Source of the DNA: Tubiluchus corallicola
Lineage: Eukaryota > Animalia > Priapulida
DNA length: 57,531 nt
Assembly: GCA_030141605.1 (NCBI GenBank)
Contig: JAQGDQ010002401.1
Coordinates: forward strand, 30,958 to 88,488
Direction of reading: 5' to 3'
The notes below the pieces were generated by a model. The model saw only the letters and a list, made by a program, of their open reading frames with translations, was not told where the DNA came from and searched no databases. Shown here in pieces: positions 1 through 11,671 of the stretch (its first letter is position 1; the number at the start of each line of letters is the position of its first letter). Position numbers and translations under genes: made by a program.

Positions 1-3000
1 GCTGATGGTACTTTCACTCAATTTTTCTTGAACATTTTCGAATGTCTTGAGGCAAAAAAGAACGAACTATACTATGTGCACAGCGGATCCATAGATGGTC
101 GCGACAGGTCATACGTGGCGTGTGTCGCAGGAGACAAGCCTTTTCTCTATGATAGTATTTTATCCTATCTAGTGGAGGATGGCATAAGCTTTTCACATAT
201 AGTGCACCCTATACTGCACGTTGATAGAAGTAGCAGCGGAGATATGCTGTATGTGGGGCACCACGGAAACGGACTGCCGCACGAATCCATAATCGTAATA
301 ATCCCTAACGATGCCCTTCAGGCAGATATTATTAGGAATGAGCTGAAAGTTGTGTATCAACATATATTTTCAGCAACCAGTGATTTTGCTAAAATGCATA
401 CCCAAATGCGAGAGCTGCACTCCAGGTATCTGACGGAAATGCCGGATGTCTCTGAGTTTATAACTTGGCTATTACATGACAACTTTATATTCCAAAGCAT
501 GCGGGAAATCACCATTCCTGAAGATGCAAAGGATATGAACAAAGCATCATACACAGACTATGGTGCGGATATACTGATGCAGTCCATACCGAATTACGCA
601 TCTCTTCATCAGCTTGCAAGCACAAATGGCTTCCATTTTGTGGATAACTATCCGGTAATGCTGGAGAAATCGATCATCAGTTCAAAGGTTAAAAAGAGGG
701 AAAAACTCAACCGGGTGATGTTTTTCATAAAGGACAAGAGGCAATACCGTTTGTATTACATATGGGGAATTTTCACAAAGAGCGGCATATCATCCCCGAC
801 TAGAGCAATCTCTGTATTGAGGAGGCGGGTTCAGAGTTCTTTAAACTCTTTTGATCTTATCCATGGCTCTCACGATTATAAGTGGCTCCGGGATGTCGTC
901 GAGCATTTCCCGAAATCGGAACTGTTTGCCTTGAGTAAAGAGATGCTGGAAGACCTTCTGGGTCTCGTTCGCAATAACAGCGGACAAAATAGCGTAAAAA
1001 TATTTGCCCGCACATTTTTCCCCCGCAAAAACATAATATATTTTATTAACTTGCCGGAAGAGCTGTACTCTATGAAGCTGGTAGAGAATATCACACGCAT
1101 GATATCAAGCGAATTTTCGGCGATACTTATAAACACGTCCAAGGCAGGATGAGCACAGAATGGTGTTTATTATCCTTCAGTTTTTGGCAAAGGATGTGGA
1201 AATCCTCAAGAAGGATCCGGAAACTTATCTTGAAAATAACATCAGAAGGCTTTTAGATAGCTGGGAAAACAGATTTTTCATAGCCCTTGAGCACGTATTT
1301 GCCGATGATGCCATCAGTATTTTCAACAAATACGTTCACAATATTGACGAAGTTTACAAGTCGGTGAACAACTTAAAGGAAGCGTCCCTCGATCTTAAAA
1401 TGCTCGAAACTCTGCTTGATGAAAAGATTCGTTGCCGCCTGCACGTCACAAAGAAAACGGTATTCTTAAAGATGCTCCCGCAAAAATTATCTACTGACTG
1501 ATCTCATGCCGGTCATAGACAATATTGGGCTAAAGGTTCATGAGGAATACAGCCACAATATAGCAACATCCGAGGTCACATACCATATAAGCGCCTTCCT
1601 TCTTGCAGGGATCGGCAATCCGAGAGAGTTTGTGGCAAATTACGGAGTAACTATCGCAGAATTGATAGAGAACGTCCTAAATTCAAAGGTCGCAGACGAT
1701 ACCTTGAACAGCTTATGCTTGAAAGAACATGTCAGGAGCGATCATGTAGATATCCTGCGGGTTGTCGGCAATTTTCTTCTTCAAGCTGAAGCCAGCATGT
1801 CGAGGGATACTCTCTATGAAATTCTTCTGGCGGAAAGCGCAATCTCCGTGCAGCTTATCAACTATTTTGTAGAGAAGTTCGACCCTAAAAAGGTGAGCAA
1901 TAAGAAGGAGAAGAATCTCCTGGCCCTTGAGAATCAGATAGTAGAGATGATAGACAACGTCACCTCAGCAACTTATGACAATACTCTCAGAATGCTCATG
2001 AGCACCTTCAAAGAGATCATACGCACAAACTATTTTATTCCAGATAGGGAAACTGTTTCGTTTAAGTTTGCCAGTGAAAACCTCAATGTGCTCCCCCTTC
2101 CCCGTCCCAAGTATGAGATCTTTGTTCACGGCTACGATGTACAAGGGGTACACTTACGCGGCGGGAATGTTGCTAGAGGAGGGCTCAGATTTAGCGAACG
2201 GGCTGACGATTTGCGTACGGAGATATTAGGGCTTGTAAAAGACTCAGATTGTAAAAACTCTCATAGTCCCCACCGGTTCAAAGGGCGGCTTCCTCGTCAA
2301 AGATAGGGGTAAGGGCGACGATAAGGAACATGTCAAAAGCTGCTACAAATCCTTTATCAGGGGTCTGCTTGATATCACCGACAACTACAATGCAGAGGGA
2401 GACCTGTCTCATCCGAAAGATGTAGTATGTTTTGATGGTCTTGATCCATATCTTGTGGTTGCAGCTGACAAGGGAACGGCAACTTTTAGCGATACGGCAA
2501 ACGATATTTCTGGCGAATATAACTTTTGGTTAGGGGATGCTTTTGCATCCGGCGGAAGCGCAGGGTACGATCATAAAAGAGCAGGTATCACCGCCAAAGG
2601 TGCTTGGGAAACGGTGAAGAGAAGATTTAGAGAACTGTCGAAAGATATACAGTCAGAAGATTTTACCGTGGTAGGAATTGGAGATATGGGTGGAGATGTT
2701 TTCGGCAATGGCATGTTGCTGTCAGCATATAAAACTGATCTGCGCATTTAATCATGTCCATATCTTCCTAGATCCTGACCCTGATCCGGCACAGAGTTTT
2801 AAGGAGAGGAAGCGTCTCTTTACAACTTCCGGCACCACCTGGAAGGACTACAACAACAGCTTCATATCTGCAGGAGGCGGCGTGTTTGAAAGAAGCGCCA
2901 AGAAGATACCATTGAGCGCTGAAGTAAAAAAAATGCTGGATACCAACAAAAACAGCTTAAGTGGAGAGGAGTTGATAAAGACCATTTTGCGAAGTAAGGC

Positions 3001-4504
3001 AGACCTTCTCTGGAATGGCGGTGTTGGCACTTATGTTAAGGCTGCTGCCGAAACTCACTACGATGTCGGAGATAGAGGCAACGACAGTGTCCGTATAAAC
3101 GCCAATGAACTGCGGGTAAAAGTTGTTGGTGAGGGCGGCAATCTGGGTTTTACACAAAAAGCACGCATGGAATTCTCTACCCTCGGTGGAAAAATCTACA
3201 CAGATGCCGTGGATAACTCAGGCGGTGTGGAGCTAAGCGATAGGGAAGTCAATCTCAAAATCATTCTCGATGATCTTGTAAAGCATAAAATCATCAAAGA
3301 CAGAGACGAACGTGATGATTTGATCAGAAAACTGGAAGGGGATACAGTAAATTTAGTCCTTCAGAATAACTATATGCAGTCCCTTGCCATAGGTTGTGAT
3401 TTTATAAAGTTTAAGGGGAACAGCGTCCACTTCAAGGAGACCGCACGACTTCTTCATGAAGAGGGATTGCTGGACTACGATATGGAGGATATAGAGTTTA
3501 TCAAAGGCATAGATATTACCGTCCCCGAAATCTGCAACATATTGGCTCATGTCAAGATATCTGTGAAGAATGAACTGCTCAAAAACATAGACCATACAGA
3601 TGAGCTCTTTACAGAACTATACATGTCATACTTTCCTAAGCATCTGGTGGAACTCTATCAGGACAAACTCAAAGAACATAAGCTGAGGAAAGAGATCACA
3701 ATAACTGTAGCTGTGAATAATCTGATAAATCAAGCGGGAGCGTCAGAGATACTCCCCATATATAACACCCTGAAGGTGCCTATGGCGACTTTGGTCAGCA
3801 ACTATTTTTACAGCGAAAAACTTTTCTGCGCAAATGACTTGCGCAAAGAGCTGCTCGCCCTCGATGGTAAAGTTAAATCTTCCGTTCAATATGAAGGGGT
3901 GTTACAGATTGAGCGTACCCTCCAGAGTGCCATGATATGGCTCAGTGATAGCGCAAATGCAAAAATTGCAAAGGGAAGAGAGGATGTGTTAAAGGATATC
4001 ATAACAGCCCTAAGCAAGGAGATACCAGTTGTATTGCAAAAGCGTTACGTAGCAGTTGCAAAAAGTTTTATCTCCCAAGGGCTACCTGAGGAGCTTTCAA
4101 AAAAATTGGCAATTACAAGGCTCTCAAAGTCTGCTTTTGATATCTTTACCATCTGTTCGCACCTCGGCGAAACGGTGCCAAATACCCTAAAAACTTATTA
4201 CCAGAATAGCACCATCCTGCACATTGAGCAGATATTAAAAAGCATCTCAAGCATTCCGGTACACAACGAGTGGGACATCATAAATAGCTCAAACTTACAC
4301 AAAAGGTATAACCACCTACTGAAGGAGATCACCATTTACTGCATGGAAAACAATGTGGAATTTAGTGAAATACTAAAACAGAATAGTCCCATAGAGATGG
4401 CTCATAAGAAGTTTGTAGTGTCCGTAGACGATAAAGCCTTTGACAATATGGCGCCATTTAATGTCATGGTGGAAATTCTTGAAAAGTTGATAGAACGTCA
4501 ATAA
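1..4504 (+). CDS. Large NAD-specific glutamate dehydrogenase (bacterial GDH2 type); 5' truncated by the window edge and split by about 4 frameshifts
   Basis: Fragments 28-1152, 1160-1501, 1506-2306, 2455-2751 and 2678-4504 carry consecutive family motifs: [27 protein letters not shown] (shifted frame), [79 protein letters not shown]. The first frame is open from base 1. Confidence 0.93.
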
Positions 4505-4521
4505 CATCTCATCAACTAAAA

Positions 4522-4551
4522 GATGAGGGGGCCTTACAAAGCCCCCTCGTC
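4522..4551. terminator. Probable bidirectional intrinsic terminator
   Basis: GATGAGGGGGC-CTTACAAA-GCCCCCTCGTC hairpin between convergent genes, flanked by A runs. Confidence 0.75.
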
Positions 4552-4584
4552 AAAACTCAAAAAAGCAGCAAATGTATTTCGCCT

Positions 4585-5384
4585 TCAGGAGATTGCCTCG
4601 TTGATATCTTTCACCGAGCCAAATACGAAGTCTGCCTTCGTTGCAGACTTACCGTACATAGCCTCATCAGTTTCACCGGACAACACGAGTATGGAGGTAA
4701 TTCCCGCCGTCTCCCCCATCTTGATATCTGTGTACAGTCTATCTCCAACTATAGCGGTGAAGTTTTTGTCAATGCCATATTTCTCTACGATGGCATCGAC
4801 TATGTGTGCCGAAGGCTTACCCATAACAACGGGGCTTTTGCCGGTGGAGGTCTTGATAAACTCTATCATAGCCCCAACGTCCGGCATAAATCTGCCCCCA
4901 TCAAGTGGGCAGTTTAAATCGGCGTGAGTTGCTATATACGGCACCCCCGCATGGACGAGTTCACAACACTTCCACAACTTGTCATAAGTTAGCGTGGTAT
5001 CAAAACCCAAAACCACAAAGTCAGGTCTCCCAGTCACACCATCTGTCAATATAAACCCCGCTTCCTCAAACTCTTCCTGAAGCAGTTTCGTCCCTAGCAG
5101 GAACACCCTTGCTCCAGGCTTCAATCTGTTCAGATAGATGGTGGTTGCTTCTCCTGATGTAAAGACTCTATTGCGCTCCACATTGATGCCAAAATTTGAT
5201 AATTTGTCAACATAAGCGGCACTATTCCTGGAAGAGTTGTTGGTTAGGAATATAAAGTCCTTACCCTGTTTCCTATTTCGTCCAAAAACGGGATAGCACC
5301 ATCAATAAGCCTATCTCCAAGGTATATGGTGCCGTCCATGTCGAGCAAAAAGTGCTTTATCTCCCCAACGCGTTTCACACTCAT
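4585..5384 (-). CDS. HAD-IIA (NagD-like) phosphatase, one frameshift near 5270-5280
   Basis: N-terminus read by hand from ATG at 5384: MSVKRVGEIKHFLLDMDGTIYLG (DxD motif I), then FLTNNSS in the shifted frame. ORF 4585-5181 has MGKPS and IVGDRLYTDI motifs. Confidence 0.9.
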
Positions 5385-5385
5385 A

Positions 5386-6684
5386 CTAAAGCTCCCCTAT
5401 GAAGAACAGCATAGGTACGATTGATAGCTTTGGAAAAACTATCAACAGAAACAACATGATCATCTCGGCAATCAAAAACGGTATAATCCCCCTAACGACA
5501 TCTCCAAATTTTACCTTTCCAACACTACAAGCAACGTACAACACCGTCCCCACAGGCGGAGTGATAACGCCAATACACATGTTGAGGACAAAGATGAGGC
5601 CAAAAAAGTATGTATTAATCCCCGCTGCTTCAACTATGGGGTACAGAACGGGGCCAAAGATGAGTATGTTCGGGGTCAGATCCATAACCATGCCTATGAC
5701 AAACAGAAAAACATTCATAGTCAGCAACAGCAAGGTGGGGTTATCGATCAGTGAGTCAAAGTTTGATGCCAACGAAGCGGGAATCTGCGCTATGGTAATG
5801 TACCATCCAACAGCCGTGGCGGTGGACACAATAAGCATAACGACAGATGTAGTCTTAGCGGCATTGGCACAAACGCTCATGAATTTGGGAATATTCAGCT
5901 CTTTATACCAAAACGTGCTTATCAATATGGCATAAACTGCTGCAAATGCTCCTGATTCTGTGGGAGTAAATATCCCGAGACGTATACCACCCAACAGTAT
6001 TACCGGCAATATGATAGCGGGCAATGAATCTATGGCAATAGCTAAGGATTCCTTCAGCGTATATCTGCTGACGTCAGCATATCCATCCTTTCTAACGATA
6101 AAAAACCATACCAACATCAGAGCAAGTCCAATTAAAATCCCTGGCACTATCCCTATCATAAACAGATTTTGAATGGACAATGGTTGTTTTGTGGGGGCAG
6201 TGGAACCCAAAAGGATCATCGCTCCGCTCGGTGGAATAATTGGCCCCAATATTGCGCCGGCACACACCAGTCCTGCAGCTCTTCCGGGTTTGTAGCCCAT
6301 ATCCTTCATAATTGGGATCAGTATAGTGCCGATGGCGGCAGCTGCAGCTACGGAACTACCCATCAAGCCTGCAAAAAGAAGACACGAAAGGATAGCCACA
6401 TAACCCATTCCCCCGCGGATTCTTCCCACAATAACATCCGCAAACTTCACTATTCTGTGGGAAAGCCCGCCTTGGGACATAATCTCACCTGCAAACATGA
6501 AGAAAGGAATCGCCATCAAAGTGGTAACATTGACCCCTTGCACCATATTTTGGCTGATAACCATGACATCCACAAAACCGGTGACGTACATGAGGGATAT
6601 GGCACACAATACCAACACCAAAGCGATAGGCACACCCAAAAACATAAAGAAAAATAGAGTAGCGAAAAATACTAACAGTTCCAT
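5386..6684 (-). CDS. dctM: TRAP transporter large permease
   Basis: 432 aa hydrophobic protein; LMAIPFFMFAGEIM, GPIIPPS, GIFTPTE and ITPPVG motifs. Confidence 0.95.
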   Translation of the reverse strand: MELLVFFATLFFFMFLGVPIALVLVLCAISLMYVTGFVDVMVISQNMVQGVNVTTLMAIPFFMFAGEIMSQGGLSHRIVKFADVIVGRIRGGMGYVAILSCLLFAGLMGSSVAAAAAIGTILIPIMKDMGYKPGRAAGLVCAGAILGPIIPPSGAMILLGSTAPTKQPLSIQNLFMIGIVPGILIGLALMLVWFFIVRKDGYADVSRYTLKESLAIAIDSLPAIILPVILLGGIRLGIFTPTESGAFAAVYAILISTFWYKELNIPKFMSVCANAAKTTSVVMLIVSTATAVGWYITIAQIPASLASNFDSLIDNPTLLLLTMNVFLFVIGMVMDLTPNILIFGPVLYPIVEAAGINTYFFGLIFVLNMCIGVITPPVGTVLYVACSVGKVKFGDVVRGIIPFLIAEMIMLFLLIVFPKLSIVPMLFFIGEL

Positions 6685-6691
6685 ATATCAC

Positions 6692-7231
6692 CTACTCCCA
6701 TCCGTCTTTGGATACGTTGTGATGTTCTTCCAAGGGAGCGTAGTAGAGATGGTTATCCCGGTTAAAGTAGCGCTTAAATCCGATTATGTATATGAACAGG
6801 GCAAAGAAAGCCATAACGACAACGGTAGAGCTTATGTACAAGTAGTTTATCTCTAAAGCGGCGGTTACCCGTCCCCTGGTGTATTCAACGTATATCAAGC
6901 CGCCCTTTAGCACCACCAGGATAGCCCCAACGGAGAACAGATCCGCTATGATGTCGACAATCATCCTTTTTTTCCCAGTGAGCCTGCCCACCAGAATATC
7001 AACGCATATGTGGTTGCCATCCCTAAAGGCGAGGATAGCGCCTAAAAAACTGACGTATATAAACAGGATTATCGCCAACTCTTCACTCGGAGGAAAACTC
7101 GAATTAAAGCCGTATCTCAAAACGCCATTCAAGAATACAAAGCCCACCATAAACATAAACGCCAATGCAGCGAAGATGACAAACCCCTTGTCCACAATTT
7201 CGCCTATCAACTTCAGTATCTTTTTGTACAT
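6692..7231 (-). CDS. dctQ: TRAP transporter small permease
   Basis: Four TM segments with SEELA and HICVD motifs, between dctP and dctM; likely ATG at 7231. Confidence 0.9.
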   Translation of the reverse strand: MYKKILKLIGEIVDKGFVIFAALAFMFMVGFVFLNGVLRYGFNSSFPPSEELAIILFIYVSFLGAILAFRDGNHICVDILVGRLTGKKRMIVDIIADLFSVGAILVVLKGGLIYVEYTRGRVTAALEINYLYISSTVVVMAFFALFIYIIGFKRYFNRDNHLYYAPLEEHHNVSKDGWE

Positions 7232-7312
7232 AATCCCACCGTTATAACCCCCATCAAGCAAGAAAGCACTTACCTTTTCATCTCTTCACAAAACCTCAGA
7301 TCGTTAAGAACA

Positions 7313-7351
7313 CCAGCTCCCCAATTCAAAAAAGGATATACGGGAAGCTGG
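7313..7351 (-). terminator. Stem-loop between dctP and dctQ (partial terminator or mRNA stabiliser)
   Basis: Minus-strand CCAGCUUCCC...GGGGAGCUGG 10-bp stem just downstream of dctP. Confidence 0.5.
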
Positions 7352-7400
7352 CAATACCATTGAGCCATCTCTATATAATCTGGTATAGTCGCGGCAATCG

Positions 7401-8390
7401 TTACTCAAACTCAGCAAATGCGTCCATTATTTCTTTTGCTCTTGGAATATTATTGTAGAAATACGGATAAGTTCTGGCAGCTGCAGCTCTCATCTTCTCC
7501 ATGAACTCATCATCCGGATAGAGTATCTTGACCTTTTCATTCTTTTCAAGGTAGGCGATCGCTTCATCATCCACATCTTCCACCAGATCCCATGCATAAG
7601 CTGCGGATTGTGCTGCTGCTTCGTTTATCCATCCTTTTTGTTCATCTGACAGTTTTTGATAAAACTTTTCATTTATGAATATCGAGTGAATGATCAGTAT
7701 GTGCTGTGTATCTTGAACATAAGGAGTGATTGCATCAAGTCCCAGGTTTTGCATTGTATCATAGGCATTTCCACTGCCTTGGACAACACCTTGCTCAAGA
7801 GCGGTGTACAGCTCTGCAAAAGCGAGCGCTTGTGGATTCATTCCAACCTCTTTTGCAAAGTTCATATACAAAGGTATATTAGGCATACGAATGCGCATAT
7901 TTTTGTAATCTTCAAACTTTTTGACTTCCGTCTTAGTAGCAAACACCCTAAAGCCGTGGGGGAAGTAGTTCAGTAACCGCAAACCAGTCTCCTCAACAAT
8001 GCCCTCTGACACCATCTCACCTGGCTTCCCTTCAAGAGCTCTTCTAGCGTGGCCATAACCCTTGTATATATACGGAACTTCGAGCAGGGCTATCTGAGGA
8101 TGATACCCCGCAACCTCCGTACCTGCGGCAAACATCTCAATAGTTCCGCGCCTTGCGGTGTCTATAAACGTATCCGGAGTACCCAACTGATTGTTGCCGT
8201 ACAATGTAGTAGTCATGCTTCCACCAGACAGCTCTTCAAGCACTTCTATAAATTTACGCTGTGTCAGCGTCTCCATGTGTCCTTCAGGAGCCATCCCTGC
8301 CATCTTCATCTTAATCTTCTTAGCCTCAAGAGACAACGGAGTCCCCACAACAAGAGCCATCACGGTAACAATTGCAAACAATCTTTTCAT
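7401..8390 (-). CDS. dctP: TRAP transporter substrate-binding protein
   Basis: Signal peptide; YGNNQLG, GFRVF, RIRMP (conserved Arg) and ELYTALEQGVV motifs. Confidence 0.93.
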   Translation of the reverse strand: MKRLFAIVTVMALVVGTPLSLEAKKIKMKMAGMAPEGHMETLTQRKFIEVLEELSGGSMTTTLYGNNQLGTPDTFIDTARRGTIEMFAAGTEVAGYHPQIALLEVPYIYKGYGHARRALEGKPGEMVSEGIVEETGLRLLNYFPHGFRVFATKTEVKKFEDYKNMRIRMPNIPLYMNFAKEVGMNPQALAFAELYTALEQGVVQGSGNAYDTMQNLGLDAITPYVQDTQHILIIHSIFINEKFYQKLSDEQKGWINEAAAQSAAYAWDLVEDVDDEAIAYLEKNEKVKILYPDDEFMEKMRAAAARTYPYFYNNIPRAKEIMDAFAEFE

Positions 8391-8573
8391 TAAAAAACAT
8401 CCTCCTTAGTTCTTAAACATATACCCAAAATAGCCGAAAAGTAGCTAATTGGATGCGCCAGTATAATACGCTTTATAACACATCTCAACAACAAAATCAT
8501 AATCCCATTATATATAACCACCTGAAAATTGGTTTTAAAATAATACTGCATTCTGCTCAAACCCTCAATTAGC

Positions 8574-8602
8574 TTGACTATTTTTTCTTTATGAACGATA
8601 AT
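8574..8602 (+). promoter_or_regulatory. Putative sigma-70 promoter
   Basis: TTGACT-N17-GATAAT upstream of the Na/Pi cotransporter. Confidence 0.45.
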
Positions 8603-8641
8603 GTCCGAATCGTCCTCAGGGCGATTTGTGGAGGGAAACGA

Positions 8642-10351
8642 ATGTATGGCTTTATAGGTCAGGGCACTATAGATTTAGTAGGCTTCTTAGGCGCTGTTGT
8701 GATGCTCTTGTGGGGTGTCAAACTGGTGCGATACGGAGTTGAAAGCATCCTTGGCGTGTATATGCACTCTCTTGTATCCGTTCTCAAGATAGGTGTTTAC
8801 GGGCTTCTTGCGGGAATACTGTTTGCCACCATACTCCAATCCAGCACTGCTTTGGTTTTGATTGTCGCTGCTGTTTCCATAAGGGGAGCTTTGTCTCTTC
8901 CGGTTGCCTTGAGGGTTGTGTTAGGAGCTGATGTCGGCACAGCCATTGCAGCACAGGTGCTTGCATTTGACATAAAGGCCATAGCGCCGCTGATCCTCAT
9001 CGCCGGGTTTGTACTTAATAGTTCAAAAAATAAAAATGTTTCAAAATCCGGGCAGATAATGCTGGGACTCTCCCTGATACTTCACGCATTAGGGCTCATA
9101 TCGGTGGTTGCCGGCAATATCCAAGACAGCGAAGTCATCAAGATGATCGTCAGTTCCCTTTCTAGCGACATGATGCTCACTATTCTGTTTGCAGTGATAA
9201 TCACGTGGATATTTCATTCAAGTTTGGCTGTTGTGCTGATGACTGTTGAGTTGGCGGCATCTGGGTTGTTGCCCATAGGCGTTAGCGTGCTCATGGTGTT
9301 GGGAGCAAACTTGGGGGCGTGTCTGCCGGCATTTATCAACTCACTGGGCTCTCCCCTTGCGGCTAGACGTCTAACGTTTGGCAATGTGCTATTCAGAGTG
9401 TCCGGCTTTATCATAGCTGTGCCATTTATGGGCTTCGTGGTGAATTGGGCTGAAAATACAGCAATCTCCCCCGCGAGATTTCTTGTGAACTTTCACCTTA
9501 TCTTCAATGTTGCCGTGGCGCTCACATTTATCTTTTTCACAAAACAGGTGGCAAGCTTAATATACAGGGTGTTTCCGGAAAAGGAACAGCCCATAACCGA
9601 TAGCTCAAAAACCAAATTTCTAAGCAAAATAGACAAAAATAATCCAGATCTTGCCATAAGAAATCTTACGAAAGAGACGGAGAGACTCAGCAACAACATA
9701 TACGCCATGCTACACAACTCAAGCAAGATATTTGACTCAAAAGAGATAGCAGGCATAATACAGACAGCAGAAGACAATGTGGATCACCAGTACAAAGGCA
9801 TATCGCTGTATCTGCAAAAACTATACCGACTACACCTTGACAGGGAACAGAATATCAAGCTGATGCTGTCGCACATTTATGCGACCAACATGGAACAGAT
9901 GGCAGATGTAATGTCCAGCAATATTTCAGATCTAGCTCATGACAAGCATAAAAAATCCCTGACATTTTCGGTGGAAGCGAAAATGTCTATTGACAACGTT
10001 TATAGAAAGTTGCTCGACAATCTTTTCCTATCCCAAAGACTGTTTGAACAGGAGACCCAAGAGATAGCAAAGGAACTGGCAGAAAACAAAAAAAGCCTTA
10101 ACAACTACATAGGCAAGGTGAGCATGGAGCACACCAGACGGGTTTTAGCGGGCGAACCCCTGAGCACTGCTACGAATACAATATTCTTAGATTTGATGCG
10201 AGACCTCAAGCGTCTCAACTCGCACATAGCTTCGATAGCTTACCCCATATTCAACATGGACTCCATGATCAGTGAATTTTTGCGCCAGAGTGACGATGAA
10301 GATATTGAGGACGAGATGGAAGAGGAGAAGACGGATCAAAATAACACATAA
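8642..10351 (+). CDS. Na/Pi cotransporter family protein with C-terminal PhoU-like domain
   Basis: LQSSTA...GADVGT and HSSLA...GANLG repeats, plus a helical C-terminal domain ending DLKRLNSH. ATG at 8642 follows GGAGGG. Confidence 0.92.
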   Translation: MYGFIGQGTIDLVGFLGAVVMLLWGVKLVRYGVESILGVYMHSLVSVLKIGVYGLLAGILFATILQSSTALVLIVAAVSIRGALSLPVALRVVLGADVGTAIAAQVLAFDIKAIAPLILIAGFVLNSSKNKNVSKSGQIMLGLSLILHALGLISVVAGNIQDSEVIKMIVSSLSSDMMLTILFAVIITWIFHSSLAVVLMTVELAASGLLPIGVSVLMVLGANLGACLPAFINSLGSPLAARRLTFGNVLFRVSGFIIAVPFMGFVVNWAENTAISPARFLVNFHLIFNVAVALTFIFFTKQVASLIYRVFPEKEQPITDSSKTKFLSKIDKNNPDLAIRNLTKETERLSNNIYAMLHNSSKIFDSKEIAGIIQTAEDNVDHQYKGISLYLQKLYRLHLDREQNIKLMLSHIYATNMEQMADVMSSNISDLAHDKHKKSLTFSVEAKMSIDNVYRKLLDNLFLSQRLFEQETQEIAKELAENKKSLNNYIGKVSMEHTRRVLAGEPLSTATNTIFLDLMRDLKRLNSHIASIAYPIFNMDSMISEFLRQSDDEDIEDEMEEEKTDQNNT

Positions 10352-10374
10352 TTTTTGGAGGAGGGACAATCACC

Positions 10375-11088
10375 ATGGAGATCGTTGCCCACAGGGGTTC
10401 ATCTTTTGACGCACCGGAAAACACTATCGCAGCAATAATGCTGGGAGCTGAGGAAGCTGACTCCATAGAGTTTGACATACGGATCACAAAGGATAACGTA
10501 CCTATCATAATACATGATACCTCCACATTGAGAACAAGCGTCGATGCAGTTGATATGATAGTTGAGGAAACCGTTTATGAAGAACTGAAAGAGATAGACG
10601 TCTCATTCAAATATGAACGCTACAGACCGCAGTATATGCCCACATTGGATGCAGCCATTGAAGCTTGCGGAAACAGAAAAATATACGCAGAACTAAAAAC
10701 AAAAGGATATGACGCAGCAGATATAATCATGGAAGTTATCAAAAACTCAAAACGGGACAACATCACGATAATAGGCTTCAATTTTGATGATATGATATAC
10801 GTCAAATCAAAAGGGATCGGCGACGTTTTGGTTGCAATTGAACCCCCCACGGACATGGATGACGCTATAGCTAAGGCTAAAACGGGGGGGTTGGACGGCA
10901 TCACATTCAAGTACGTCTACGGAACGGGGGCTGTGGGCAAACTAAAAAACACTTCCCTCATCAGCAGCGTTTGGACTGTCGATGATACAACGGTCGCCAC
11001 AGAGTTTGCAAAATCGGGGGTTGATGTCATAGTGAGCAATAAACCAAAGTTGATAGGAAGCACACTTAAGGAAAACATAAGCCGGTAA
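10375..11088 (+). CDS. Glycerophosphodiester phosphodiesterase (GDPD family)
   Basis: IVAHRGS...APENT, IEFDI, IIHD, ELK and WTVD motifs. Confidence 0.93.
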   Translation: MEIVAHRGSSFDAPENTIAAIMLGAEEADSIEFDIRITKDNVPIIIHDTSTLRTSVDAVDMIVEETVYEELKEIDVSFKYERYRPQYMPTLDAAIEACGNRKIYAELKTKGYDAADIIMEVIKNSKRDNITIIGFNFDDMIYVKSKGIGDVLVAIEPPTDMDDAIAKAKTGGLDGITFKYVYGTGAVGKLKNTSLISSVWTVDDTTVATEFAKSGVDVIVSNKPKLIGSTLKENISR

Positions 11089-11146
11089 AGCTGTCTCATT
11101 TAAGAGTAAATTAGTGCTGTTAGTAATATTTTTGGCAACAATGTGC

Positions 11147-11174
11147 TTGACAAGCAACATTAATCTTTTAATAT
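11147..11174 (+). promoter_or_regulatory. Putative sigma-70 promoter of the ferredoxin
   Basis: TTGACA-N16-TAATAT, with a GGAGGT RBS downstream. Confidence 0.5.
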
Positions 11175-11215
11175 CGTAAACATAATCATAAAAAACTATT
11201 AATGGAGGTGTAGCT

Positions 11216-11386
11216 ATGGCTCACGTAATATCTGACGATTGTACAAATTGTGGTGCTTGTGTGGAAGTCTGTCCCGTGGACGCTATCAGTGCAGGCCCTG
11301 AGAAGCACAGTATTGATCCGGATCTGTGTACGGACTGTGGTGCATGCACTTATGAATGCCCCGTTGATGCAATATCGCAGGTTTAA
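11216..11386 (+). CDS. 2[4Fe-4S] ferredoxin, 56 aa (not in the ORF track)
   Basis: Translated by hand: MAHVISDDCTNCGACVEVCPVDAISAGPEKHSIDPDLCTDCGACTYECPVDAISQV; two CxxCxxCxxxCP motifs and a strong RBS. Confidence 0.96.
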   Translation: MAHVISDDCTNCGACVEVCPVDAISAGPEKHSIDPDLCTDCGACTYECPVDAISQV

Positions 11387-11410
11387 GTTTTTTTAAACAA
11401 AATTAGTTTA

Positions 11411-11445
11411 CGAGGGGCCCATATGTTTGTACTGAGGGCTCCTTG
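11411..11445 (+). terminator. Stem-loop downstream of the ferredoxin
   Basis: CGAGGGGCCC...GGGCTCCTTG 10-bp stem with GU pairs; weak U tail. Confidence 0.5.
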
Positions 11446-11671
11446 TTGCCTCTGATCAGGTGAACGTTTTTTATATATACCCTCATCAGTTGGATTGTGG
11501 CTATCTCTTGCTCTTTCTGCTTTGTTTGTCCCGTGTGTAGATGTGCCACAAAGGGGAGTGCGTGCACTCTTTGGGTGTTTGTTGAAAAATCCTCTAAGGT
11601 TTGTGCCACATATCATCGTTGTGTGATTTTTGTCGTACAATGCATATAGAGTTTAATGGAGTATTCAGACC

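Noticed and set aside
1140-1510. TGA stops in gdh (1150-1152, 1499-1501) as selenocysteine or recoded stops
   Set aside because: The protein continues in a different frame in each case, so these are indels; TGA is used as a normal stop elsewhere in the window.
11131-11147. Sigma-54 promoter upstream of the ferredoxin (TGGCAACAATGTGC)
   Set aside because: The GG-to-GC spacing is 9 rather than the required 10 bp; a sigma-70 promoter fits better.
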